A stretch of DNA of 60,129 nt, taken from the NCBI GenBank assembly GCA_051439505.1, contig JBFRWI010000111.1, positions 1 through 60,129 of the forward strand, in the 5' to 3' direction. The notes under the pieces are model-generated. The model had not been told where the DNA came from and ran no database searches. It saw only the letters and a list, made by a program, of their open reading frames with translations. Position numbers and translations under genes: made by a program. Below are positions 39,996 through 50,700 of this stretch, in pieces. Source of the DNA: Hormoscilla sp. GTDB lineage: Bacteria > Cyanobacteriota > Cyanobacteriia > Cyanobacteriales > Desertifilaceae. The stretch's first letter is position 1; each line of letters starts with the position of its first letter.

Positions 39996-40946
39996 TTATA
40001 AAAACCCGAACAAATTGCCGATGAACCACCCGTAAAAGATAAAGAATAGCAATCCTTCCCAGCGCGTAACTTCTTTATCTTGGGTGACGAAGAAAAACAA
40101 AATCGTTCCCATCAGCATCGTCCGCAAACTCCCAGTTACCAGTTCTTCGGAAATGACCAAATTGCCAATTAAACCAGGAACTCCCATCACCATCAAGGCA
40201 TTGAAGATATTTGAACCTAAAACATTGCCTACGGCCATTTCAGGTTTCCCCCTTTTCGCCGCACTAATGGTAACTAGCAATTCTGGCAATGATGTCCCGA
40301 GCGCAACTGCACTGACAGCTATAATTTCCTTACCAATGCCGAGAATTTCCGAAATATTGGTAATCGAATCAATGGTATACTTTGCTCCCAAAAAGATCAA
40401 TAGGGAACTGCCTAGCAAAATCAGCACTTGAGGCATCAGGGCACTTTTCGGAATCGCACTTTCTTCATCATCTTCCGTCTCATCCTGAGTGCTACTCATG
40501 GTGTAAAAGCAATAGACCACGAAACAGACTATGCACAGAACAGCTTCACCCCGGGAAAAATTCCCATCGACAACAGTTAAAAACAGCAGAAATGCCGACC
40601 CGACAAACAAGGGCAAATCTACATTAATTAATTCGTAATCAATTTTCAGATGTTTGCTAATCACCGAAGCGCAACCAAGGATCAGAAAAATATTAGCGAT
40701 ATTCGAGCCGACCACATTGCCCAAAACAATTTCTGAGGAATCTTGGACAACTGCGACAATGGAGGAAATCAATTCTGGCAGGGAAGTGCCAATGGAAACA
40801 ATGATCGCCCCGACAACGAAAGCAGGTAATCCTAACAATAGTCCGATTTTTTCAGCGGCCTCGGTAAATAAGTCGGATGCTTTAATGAGGGCAGCTAAAC
40901 TAACTACGAAAATTACCATCCACAACCATAAGGGTAAGTCTGACAT
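39996..40946 (-). CDS. Calcium/sodium antiporter (CaCA, YrbG-like)
   Basis: Two alpha repeats: GTSLPEL...GNVVGSNIAN and GTSLPEL...GNVLGSNIFN. Confidence 0.95.
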   Translation of the reverse strand: MSDLPLWLWMVIFVVSLAALIKASDLFTEAAEKIGLLLGLPAFVVGAIIVSIGTSLPELISSIVAVVQDSSEIVLGNVVGSNIANIFLILGCASVISKHLKIDYELINVDLPLFVGSAFLLFLTVVDGNFSRGEAVLCIVCFVVYCFYTMSSTQDETEDDEESAIPKSALMPQVLILLGSSLLIFLGAKYTIDSITNISEILGIGKEIIAVSAVALGTSLPELLVTISAAKRGKPEMAVGNVLGSNIFNALMVMGVPGLIGNLVISEELVTGSLRTMLMGTILFFFVTQDKEVTRWEGLLFFIFYGWFIGNLFGFL

Positions 40947-41213
40947 GTGAGGGAGACTCCTGAAGTAGATAAGAAAATTGGCTAGACTGGTATTATCCCA
41001 TAAGGCGATCCATTTGACAATGGGTGCAACGATAATGCACGGGCGAAGCATTTCTCTAGTAAATATGTCAATTGATGACGAAATTTATCGCAGAAATGCT
41101 TCGCCCCTACAGATATATATATGCTTGCGGTCCAGATGCACCTTTTGACGATCGCCTCCAACCTGTATTACGCTACAAACTGTGCTGGTGGCAACATTGA
41201 CTGGACCGATCTC

Positions 41214-42239
41214 TCAATAGCGAATCCGAGGATCGATATAAGCGTTCAAGATATCAATGGCAATGCTAGCAACTACCACAATTGTAGCAAAGAACACAAC
41301 CAAGCCTTGGACCGTGGGATAATCTCTGAGGGTAATGGCCTCATACAGTCGATTTCCCAACCCCGGCCAGGAAAAGGTCACCTCCGTTAGCACCGCCCCT
41401 CCCAGCATCGCTGCCAAGGTCAGTCCTAAAATCGTAATCACGGGAATCATAGCATTTTTCAAAGCATGATATACTAAAATTCGACCTTCGGGAATTCCTC
41501 TTGCTTTGGCCGCTTCCACATAATCAGATTTGAGAGTTTGCTTCAGGTTCACCCGGACAATCCGCTCGAAAATACCACTCAACAGAATCCCCAGAGTTAA
41601 ACTAGGCAGGGCCAGATAATGGATAGCTGTGAAAAACTGATTTAGGTTCCCTGCCAGCAAACTATCAATAGTATACAAACCGGTCGGACCCCCAGGAGGA
41701 GTTAAGGCCAAAGAAAAGCGCGTTCCCAAGGGAAACCATTCCAGTTGCACGGCGAAAATTAACTGTAATAGCATCCCCGCCCAAAAAGCCGGGATGGAAT
41801 AGGTGATAATGCCAAATAATCGGCCCCCAGCATCCAGAATAGTATTCGGTCGGGAAGCCGCGATCGCCCCAACCGTAATGCCCAAAATTAGGGCGATCGC
41901 CATGCTACAGACAGCCAATTCTGCCGTAGCGGGGAAATACTTGCCGATAATTTCCCAGACTGTCTGTCCCCGACTGGTCAAGGAACTGCCCAGATCGAAA
42001 GAGAGCAAACTACCGAGATAATTAACATATTGCAGCCACAGGGGCAAATCTAAACCCAACTGATTTCTCAATTCTGCCTTTGCTGCTGCCGAGGCCCGGG
42101 CACCGTAAATAGCATCCACCGGATCTCCCGGAGTTGCCCTGAGCAGCAAAAAGACTAAAGTGGTAATTAGCCATAGCATCAGGGGCGCTAACAGCAGGCG
42201 GGCGAAAATATAATATTGTAAAGCTTTGGCACGAGACAT
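41214..42239 (-). CDS. Peptide/nickel ABC transporter permease (DppB-like)
   Basis: PGDP, PATAEL, EAA loop DYVEAAKARG, HALKNA and TEVTFSWPGLG. Confidence 0.93.
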   Translation of the reverse strand: MSRAKALQYYIFARLLLAPLMLWLITTLVFLLLRATPGDPVDAIYGARASAAAKAELRNQLGLDLPLWLQYVNYLGSLLSFDLGSSLTSRGQTVWEIIGKYFPATAELAVCSMAIALILGITVGAIAASRPNTILDAGGRLFGIITYSIPAFWAGMLLQLIFAVQLEWFPLGTRFSLALTPPGGPTGLYTIDSLLAGNLNQFFTAIHYLALPSLTLGILLSGIFERIVRVNLKQTLKSDYVEAAKARGIPEGRILVYHALKNAMIPVITILGLTLAAMLGGAVLTEVTFSWPGLGNRLYEAITLRDYPTVQGLVVFFATIVVVASIAIDILNAYIDPRIRY

Positions 42240-42601
42240 TGTCAAACTGTTAATTGTCAATGGTTAATGGTTAATCGCGATCGCTTAATGGTATAACATA
42301 AGAATATTCCTAGGCTAGTGGCGCTTCGTCGCCCTTGGCGCCAGGATAAAATAATGGATGTCATCCCGACGCGGGGAAAAACCCCCTAGCCCAGAAAAGC
42401 CCGCTCGGCGCTAGATAGAGGAGAGGCTAGATATGAAGGTGGGCGATCGCCGGTAGGAGGTGGAGAGAGAATCAGCCTCCAGGAGACTTGACATGGGAGA
42501 GCAAATTAGATAAAGTCGAGTTGGGGATCGGGGGGCGGCAGTCACGAACGAATCAGTAAAAATCAGGTGAGAGACAGTTAGAAAAAACTATAGGAGTAAC
42601 G

Positions 42602-45600
42602 ATGACGAGTAAGATATATGCCTTGCTAGTGGGGATAGACAATTATGCGAAATCTCCCCTATCCGGTTGCGTGAACGATATCGCCGCAGTGGAGTCCTAT
42701 CTGCGCGATCGCATTCCCGAAACAAGACTACAGTTAGTGAAGCTGATCGATGCCGAAGCAACGCGCCAGAACATTATCGATGGCTTCACCACCCATCTGT
42801 GCCAAGCAGGCAGCGAAGATGTAGCATTATTTTACTATGCCGGTCACGGCTCCCAAGGGAAAGCTCCCGAAGAATATTGGGGGATGGAACCCGATCGACT
42901 CAACGAAACCATCGTCTGCTGGGACAGTCGTACAGAGGGAGTCTGGGACTTAGCAGACAAGGAACTGGCTTACCTGATAGATAAAGTAGGCCAGCGCGAC
43001 CCGCACATGGTGCTGATCATGGACTGCTGTCACTCGGGTTCGGGGACTAGAGATATAGATGCAGTAGTGCGGCAGTTAGATGAAATAGACAAGCGCGATC
43101 GGCCCTTGAACAGCTTTATCCTTGCCGGAGAGACGGCAGAAGTAGCCACTCGGGGCTACCAAGAGAATAGCGCTGGCTGGCAGATGCCTGGCAAAAATCA
43201 CATTCTGCTAGCAGCCTGTCGCAGCGACGAACTGGCGAAAGAATACAATGGGGAGGACGGTCGAGCCCGGGGGGCATTTTCCTACTTTCTGCTCAAAAAC
43301 CTACAGAAAGCTAATGGTAACTTAACCTATCGGGAATTGTTTGAAAGCACTAATGCCCTAGTGCGGGGGAAGGTTAACGACCAGTCGCCCCAGTTGGAAG
43401 CGAAAAATTCCCGAGACTTGGACCAGCCTTTCCTGGGAGGGGCGATCGCGGAAAGAGAACCTTACTTTACCGTCAGTCACGACAAGCGAGATGGCTGGAT
43501 CGTCAATAGCGGTGCGGTCCACGGCCAGCAAAAACCATCGGTAGGAGAAACTATCTTAGCCCTGTTTCCCTTTGGCACAAATGTGCATCGGTTAAGAGAC
43601 CCCGAACTGGCCTCTGGTACGGCCAAAGTGACTCAAGTCAGGCAGCAATTGAGCAAAGTTGCCATCTCGGGGATAGATGATTTAGCAGAAAACCAGACCT
43701 TTAAGGCCATTCCGATCGCCCTTCCCCTGCCCAGCTTGCAAGTTTCCTTTGAAGGAGAAGAGACGGGAGTGAAACTGGCAAGTAAGGAGATTGAGGCAGC
43801 AGGACCCACAACTGGACCTTCATTGTATATCAGTGCCGCCGAAAATTCAGCAGAAATCGACATAGTCCTGGTGGCAGAGAAGGGACAGTATATAATCAAG
43901 CGGCCCGGGGACGATCGGCCTCTAGTAGCGCCCCTGCCAGCAAATAGTACGAGGGCCGGTTACACGGCAGAGAACGCCTTAAAAGCAATTCGACGTTTAG
44001 AACATATTGCCCGCTGGACAAATATCTTAGAACTATCAAGTCCAGTAGCCAGCGGACTGCGTCCGGACGACGTAAAAATGGAAGTCGTGCTGTACTCCAC
44101 TCAAACAGCAAGTACGGATGCAGCCATGCGGCTGGAGTATGAAGAATATAATGGGGAGTTAGTACCGCCGACCTTAAAAATCCGACTAACTAATAACAGT
44201 CAGCGTCCCCTTTATTGTGCGGTATTAAACCTGGCGGAGAATTTTTCGGTGAACAATCCCTTCTTTAAAGCTCCCACGGTGAAGCTGGAACCAGGAGCGC
44301 AAATTGAGGGCCCCTGGATAGATTTAGTCGTGCTCGACGAACTGTGGTCCCAAGGGATAACGGAGTACAAAGATATCTTCAAACTGATTGTCAACACCCA
44401 GGAATTTGATGCGAGAATCTTGGAACAAGGTGCCCTGGAATTGCAGACCAGAACCATACCAGAGACAGAGAAAAGTCTCTTTAATATCTGGTGGCGATCG
44501 AGTACACAAAGCAATACTCGGGATGCCGTTGCTTCCCGTCGGGGTCGCAGCTATGATGATTGGCTGACAAAAGAAGTAGCCATTACCGTTGTCAGACCCC
44601 AAGACGTGCAGTCCGTGAGGTCGGACAGCAGCATCGGACTGTCGAATGTAGTAGAGTTGCAACCCCATCCGCACTTAAAAGCGAAAGCATGCCTGAGCAC
44701 CGTGCCCCAGGCGACCAGAGATTTAGGGAATCACATCCTGCCTCCCATTCTCCGAGAAAATCCTCTCTTAATCCAACCATTCAAATTCACAGTTACCCGA
44801 GGTGCAGATCCGGGGTTGAGTTGTTTGGAACTGACGGAAGTAGAAGATACTGCTGTAGTCACGCCAGATGCCCCCCTGAAGTTACTGGTGGACCGCCAGC
44901 TCCAGGAAAAGGAAAGCATTTTAGCTGTGGGCTACGATGGAGAATTCTATTTACCATTGGGTCGGTCTGTCAGCAGAAACGATGGGAAAATAGAAATCAG
45001 GATCGATCGCCTGCCCGAACCCCTCAGCCAGCAAACGCGCAGCGTCCAAGGAGCGGTGCGCATCTTCTTTCAGAAAGTGATATCTCAGAAATTGGGATGG
45101 CGCTTTGAATACCCACTCTTAGCAATAGCAGAGGTTGACGAACAAGGGAAAGTCAGCTATCAGCCGGATCTTGAGGTTGTCAAGCAGAAAGTGGCTCCGG
45201 CCCAGAATATCCTCCTGTACATCCACGGCGTTATTGGGGACACCCAAAGCCTAGTCCCCAGCGTGCAAACAGCCACAGTAGAAGTGAAAGGGCAACAGCG
45301 CCCGCTGCGGGAACTCTACGATCTAGTGTTAACCTATGACTATGAAAGCGTCAATAGCTCGATCTCTGAGACGGCGCGGATGTTAAAACAGCGCCTCGAA
45401 GCTGTAGGTTTGGGGCCTGGCCACGGCAAGCAGTTACATATAGTAGCGCACTCAATGGGCGGTTTAGTTAGCCGTTGGTTGATCGAGCGAGAAGGGGGTT
45501 CTCAAATGGTGCAACACTTGGTAATGTTGGGGACGCCTAATGGTGGCAGTCCTTGGGCCACATTACAAGATTGGGCATTCACAGCCCTAGGTTTGGGGTT

Positions 45601-46306
45601 GAACAACCTCTCAGCAATGTTCTGGCCAGCGGAAGTATTAACTCAGTTACTCGACAGTATAGAGCAGATTGATATTTCCTTGGACCAAATGCGGCCTGAC
45701 TCAGATTTGATCCAAGAAATGGTTAACAACCCAGACCCCCAGGTTCCTTATACAATTATTGCTGGCAACTTGTCTTTAGCAAAAGCGGCGAGGGAAATTA
45801 AGCCCGGAGAGGAAAAATCACGACTACAGCGACTGATGGAGAAGCTGTTTGCTAAGACAGTAGATGCAGTGGTAAAGCCTGCTTTCTGGAACGAAACAAA
45901 CGATCTGGCAGTGACTGTAGCTAGCATCCAAAATGTCAGCGAATCTCGGGAACCGCCCCCCAAAAAGCTGCCAGATACCTCCTGCGACCACATCACATAT
46001 TTTACAGATTCGGCGGGGTTGCATGATTTGGCGATCGCCCTATTTCCCTCTGATTCATCGCCCGAACAGCCACCGACTCCCGAACAGCCACCGACTCCCG
46101 AACCATCACCGACTCCCGAACAGCCTTCGGAAAAGCAAGAAAAACCTTTCTGGACCAAACTTTGGTTGATTGGGATCTTGATCTTACTGATTACGGGAAC
46201 AACTGCCTACTTCGTGGCCGTCAACAACTGGTCTCAAGAAAACGATCGGGATACCTCCATGAAGGGCGATCGCTCATTGACGATCGATCGCAGGTTCTCG
46301 GCGTGA
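42602..46306 (+). CDS. Caspase-family (C14) protease fused to an alpha/beta hydrolase (lipase-like), with Pro-rich stalk and C-terminal TM helix
   Basis: Catalytic YYAGHG and MDCCHSG; hydrolase motifs IHG, VAHSMGG, LGTPNGGS, NDLAV and CDH; PEQPPT repeats at ~46061-46125; hydrophobic helix LWLIGILILLITG. Confidence 0.9.
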   Translation: MTSKIYALLVGIDNYAKSPLSGCVNDIAAVESYLRDRIPETRLQLVKLIDAEATRQNIIDGFTTHLCQAGSEDVALFYYAGHGSQGKAPEEYWGMEPDRLNETIVCWDSRTEGVWDLADKELAYLIDKVGQRDPHMVLIMDCCHSGSGTRDIDAVVRQLDEIDKRDRPLNSFILAGETAEVATRGYQENSAGWQMPGKNHILLAACRSDELAKEYNGEDGRARGAFSYFLLKNLQKANGNLTYRELFESTNALVRGKVNDQSPQLEAKNSRDLDQPFLGGAIAEREPYFTVSHDKRDGWIVNSGAVHGQQKPSVGETILALFPFGTNVHRLRDPELASGTAKVTQVRQQLSKVAISGIDDLAENQTFKAIPIALPLPSLQVSFEGEETGVKLASKEIEAAGPTTGPSLYISAAENSAEIDIVLVAEKGQYIIKRPGDDRPLVAPLPANSTRAGYTAENALKAIRRLEHIARWTNILELSSPVASGLRPDDVKMEVVLYSTQTASTDAAMRLEYEEYNGELVPPTLKIRLTNNSQRPLYCAVLNLAENFSVNNPFFKAPTVKLEPGAQIEGPWIDLVVLDELWSQGITEYKDIFKLIVNTQEFDARILEQGALELQTRTIPETEKSLFNIWWRSSTQSNTRDAVASRRGRSYDDWLTKEVAITVVRPQDVQSVRSDSSIGLSNVVELQPHPHLKAKACLSTVPQATRDLGNHILPPILRENPLLIQPFKFTVTRGADPGLSCLELTEVEDTAVVTPDAPLKLLVDRQLQEKESILAVGYDGEFYLPLGRSVSRNDGKIEIRIDRLPEPLSQQTRSVQGAVRIFFQKVISQKLGWRFEYPLLAIAEVDEQGKVSYQPDLEVVKQKVAPAQNILLYIHGVIGDTQSLVPSVQTATVEVKGQQRPLRELYDLVLTYDYESVNSSISETARMLKQRLEAVGLGPGHGKQLHIVAHSMGGLVSRWLIEREGGSQMVQHLVMLGTPNGGSPWATLQDWAFTALGLGLNNLSAMFWPAEVLTQLLDSIEQIDISLDQMRPDSDLIQEMVNNPDPQVPYTIIAGNLSLAKAAREIKPGEEKSRLQRLMEKLFAKTVDAVVKPAFWNETNDLAVTVASIQNVSESREPPPKKLPDTSCDHITYFTDSAGLHDLAIALFPSDSSPEQPPTPEQPPTPEPSPTPEQPSEKQEKPFWTKLWLIGILILLITGTTAYFVAVNNWSQENDRDTSMKGDRSLTIDRRFSA

Positions 46307-46355
46307 GGGAAAAATCTGGTGGGTGGTACTACCGATGTTCACCACCCTACCGCTT

Positions 46356-47591
46356 TCAATTTTCAATTTTTCCTAAAGGTTTGATATGGTCAGAGCAAAG
46401 CTTTTGGGCAATCATTTTTCCAGCCAGAAGATGTCCCTCAGCATTCCAATGTCCCCCACAGGGGATGGCGTTATCAAAACCATGTAGGCAAACATTATTT
46501 TGCTCGGCATATTCGGCAAAATCCCGTGCCAGATTCATTACTTCAAAGTTCTCCCGATCGCCCAAAGCTTTAACACGCCGATCTGGATAAAACAGATCGT
46601 CTACATCCAATTTTTCCATCAACTTTTGACGAACTGAAATATCGCGATTTACCTGTTCGGGATTACTTAAAGTTACGACTAAAAAGTCTGCTCCTTTTTC
46701 CACCACTTCATCTCGCATTAACACTATCAGTCCCTCTGTTACCCGCCATGCTTCTTGCCAAACCTCTGTTCTGGGCTCTTTGTATACAAGACGATCACCT
46801 AAAGCTACTTTTTGATGAGATTTTTTATCTTTAGTACCCGTTTTGATTTGCTGTTCTTTTTGCTTTTTCCTGATATACCTAATGCTATTGCGAATATTTT
46901 TGTAGACAACCTGGAATACTCGTGAGTTGTTTTTGAAAAAATCCAACAAGGGATTATTAATTACCAAAGTCCTTGCTTTCCAACTTACCGTGCGGAATGA
47001 GTAATTGGCAACTAACTGACCATCTCGGTAGACAAAGTAAGGTTTTTCTGCAAACCGAGCGAGAGCGAGAGATCGTGAGTTATTTCGAATGTCGTTACCC
47101 AGGAAAGCAGCCAACAGGACAATATCGGGGGAATAGTCCCAGACATGACGACGCAAGGTTATTAGTTCCTGAGCAGTTCCATAACCATTAACTCCAAAAT
47201 TAAGTGCTTCAACTTTGCGTCCAGCTAAAGCTTTACATCCCCTGAGTTCGCGCTCAGTGACGCTCGCAAAAGTATTTTCCAGGGGAACCTCTCTAGCTTC
47301 TGTAAAGGAATCTCCGAGTATAGCAATCCTCAGGGTATTTTCTGGTTTGACATGGGAACGCTCTCGGTCTCGCCAACCGTCACTGTTGATCCGGACATAG
47401 GCTTCACCTTCTTCGCTATACCAGCCTGATGCACCAGGATTCAGAGCCCAGCCTCTATACTTGTCAGCAGTAACCAAAACTGGGTAAGAAATACCAGCAA
47501 TGCGTAAGTAGATTTCCCCGAGGACAATTCCCAGGGAGAAACTTCCGACTACTAACAAACTATTTTGCACCAACCTCTTCCAATTTTTCAT
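46356..47591 (-). CDS. SGNH/GDSL hydrolase family protein
   Basis: N-terminal TM, INSDGWRD, ILGDSFT, GVNGYGT.QE, GND and GHWN..GH. Confidence 0.9.
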   Translation of the reverse strand: MKNWKRLVQNSLLVVGSFSLGIVLGEIYLRIAGISYPVLVTADKYRGWALNPGASGWYSEEGEAYVRINSDGWRDRERSHVKPENTLRIAILGDSFTEAREVPLENTFASVTERELRGCKALAGRKVEALNFGVNGYGTAQELITLRRHVWDYSPDIVLLAAFLGNDIRNNSRSLALARFAEKPYFVYRDGQLVANYSFRTVSWKARTLVINNPLLDFFKNNSRVFQVVYKNIRNSIRYIRKKQKEQQIKTGTKDKKSHQKVALGDRLVYKEPRTEVWQEAWRVTEGLIVLMRDEVVEKGADFLVVTLSNPEQVNRDISVRQKLMEKLDVDDLFYPDRRVKALGDRENFEVMNLARDFAEYAEQNNVCLHGFDNAIPCGGHWNAEGHLLAGKMIAQKLCSDHIKPLGKIEN

Positions 47592-47789
47592 ATTTACCTC
47601 GGTCAGTGGGTGGGGTGGGCATTGCCCACCATGTCAGCGGTCAGGACCATCTCAGTCCAGAGGCGATCTCGTCTGAGAGCAAAGTAGACTTCGCCCATGC
47701 TGGGCCAGCGCCTTGGGGATTAATAACTTTCCTGACAGCTCGCAAAAACTTTGTATGATTAATTTATATTGCAGCACAGAATATCAATC

Positions 47790-50700
47790 ATGTCAATCCC
47801 CGAGTTTAACCGCAGCATAGCGGTAATTATCGGTATAAATGAGTACATCAATGGCATTCCCAGGCTGAAGACAGCAGTGAATGACGCCCAGACTTTGGCG
47901 GATATGCTCAGAGAAAAATACAAGTACGAGGTGTTGCTGCTGCTAGATAAAGAAGCAACGCGCGATCGCACCGATGAGTTATTGACAGCATTCAAACAGG
48001 GAAGAATACCTTGGACCAAGGGTAAAACCGTGCAAGTAGAACCAGATGACCGCTTATTGTTCTACTTTGCCGGACATGGAATCGCCCGGGACTCCCTGGA
48101 CAGTCAAGATGGGCCAGCAGGTTATATTTTACCCCAGGATGCCCAACGGGAAGACGATCGCAGTTTTGTCCCCATGCAGGAATTGCACGATGCCCTGATC
48201 GCACTGCCTTGCCGTCACCTATTGACGATCTTGGACTGCTGCTTTGCCGGGGCATTTCGCTGGTCGGGCTATACCAGAGATGCAGTCCGTTCCCAGAGAG
48301 TATATGCCGAAAGGTACGATCGCTTCATCAACAGCGAGGCGCGGCAGGTGATCGCCTCGGCGGCCTACGATGAAAAAGCCTTAGATTTTATCTCCCAACT
48401 GGGCGATCGGGGTGTTGCTGCTGGCGGTCATTCTCCCTTTGCCGAGCTGTTATTTAAGGGGCTAGGTCAATATGCCGATCTGACCGAAGATAATTTGATT
48501 ACCGCCACAGAACTCTATCTCTATTTATATACCAAGCTAGCAGAGAAAACCGCAAAACAAACTCCCAGTTTATTTCAATTGAAAACCCATGATAAGGGGG
48601 AATACATCTTCCGGGTGCCCGGTCGTCAGTTGAAATTAGCAACAGCACCGCCACTGGATTATGACAGCAACCCCTACAAGAGTCTCGAACCCTTTGAAGA
48701 AGCAGACAGCGAGTTGTTCTTTGGCCGCCAACGGACGATCGACAAGCTGTGGTCCCACCTACAGGAGAAAAATAAGCCGCCTTTGACTCTATTATTAGGG
48801 GATACAGGCAGTGGCAAATCGAGTCTACTTAAAGCCGGGATGCTGCCCAAGTTAAGAACGGAAAACTGGCATATCCTCGGTCCCATGCGCCCGGGATACT
48901 CTCCCTTTGCTGCTCTAGTAGAGAGCGTGATATCTAATGACATTCAAGTAGAACAGACAGAACAGAGCGTGATCGATCGGCTCAGAGAATGGAGACAAAA
49001 CCACCCGACAACCAGGCTACTGCTCGCGATCGACCAGTTCCACGAACTGGTTACCATGTGTCCCCGCCGGCGAGAACGACAGTTCATCGCTTTGCTGAGG
49101 AAATTGTTCACTGATCGGGCGATCGACCTGGAGATATTAATTGCCTTGCGATCGGACTTCGAGCCTCGTTTTACCAAAATTATCTCAGATAGCTTCGGTG
49201 CGGACTGGGAACGCTACTCCCGCTTCAGAGGAGACCCCGATCGCGCTTACCCGACGAGGTTTTGGTTGGAGCCCATGACTCAGAATGAATTGCGGGAAGT
49301 GATTGAAAAGCCAGCCCAAGAACGGGTATTATATTTCGACCCGCCCGAGTTAGTAGACAAGTTAATTAATGATGTGGTGCAGATGCCGGGGGCCTTGCCA
49401 TTACTATCCTTTACTCTCAGCGAACTTTACCTCAAGTATTTGCAGCGCCGAGGCAGCGATCGGACCATGAGGGAGTCGGACTACAATCAACTGGGTGGGG
49501 TGATGGGTGCCCTGACCAATAGAGCTACAGAAGAATATGAAAAGTTACTGCAATTAGACCCGGCTTATGAAAAAACCTTGCGCTGGCTGATGTTGCGCAT
49601 GATTGCTATAGAAGGGGGAGTTGTAACTAGGCGGCGGGTGCCCCGATCGGAATTAAGATATCCAGATTCCCGGGAAAACCAGCGGGTTAAAACGGCGATC
49701 GAAAGCTTTTCGTCAGCCCGGTTATTAGTTGAAGGCAACGAAACTGGGGAAGATCCTTATGTGGAGCCAGCTCATGATGCCTTGGTGACAGGATGGGATC
49801 TGCTTCTTACTTGGAAGAACGAATATCAGGAGGATCTCACTTTACAAAGAATGGTGAATAATGCCGCGATCGCCTGGTGGGAGAATAAACGCCAGACAAG
49901 AGACCTGTGGGATGAAAACTCTCGGCTTCCGAAATTGCAAGAAATCCGGAAATCGCATGATAATTGGCTCAACTATATAGAAACAGAATTTGTCGATCGC
50001 AGCATGAAGCAGAAACGCAAATCCCAGCGACGTTCTTTCCTATCTGTCGTGGCCATAATTGCCATAGTCACTGGATTGGGGGGATTGTCTGTCGCCCGCA
50101 GGGTGCAAGTAGGCATGGCAGAAATTAGTATTTCCATAGCCAATTCAGAGGTAATGTTTGCTAACAACAAACAGTTAGAAGCATTACAGGAAAGTCTGCA
50201 TGTAGGAATTAGATTAAAGGCATCATTATGGCACAAAATTTGGCCGGAAATGCAACTGCAAAATCAAGTAACTACAACTCTGCAAAAAATGGTTGATGGT
50301 GTGCAGGAACGCAACCGCATAGAGGGCGATCGCTACCAACTGTGGAGCGTCAGTTTCAGTCTGGAGGGCATATTAGCTACGGGAGATGCTAACGGCACAG
50401 TGCATTTATGGGAGAAATCTGGTAAAAAATTGTCGGTCTTAACAGGACATGCAGACAAAGTAAATAGCATCAGTTTTAGTCCGGACGGTCAACTGCTAGC
50501 CACTGCTGCTGATGATGGCACGGCCCGTTTGTGGGACTTATCATCGGGCCAGCAGTTAGCAAAAATGAGCGGGCATCAAGGCCAAGTTTTGAGCGCGAGT
50601 TTTCGCCCCGATGGGTTAGCATTAGCCACCTCTGGAAGCGACGGCACCGTGCGTTTGTGGGACTTATCGGGCCAAGAGTTAGAGCAATTCCAGGCCCATG

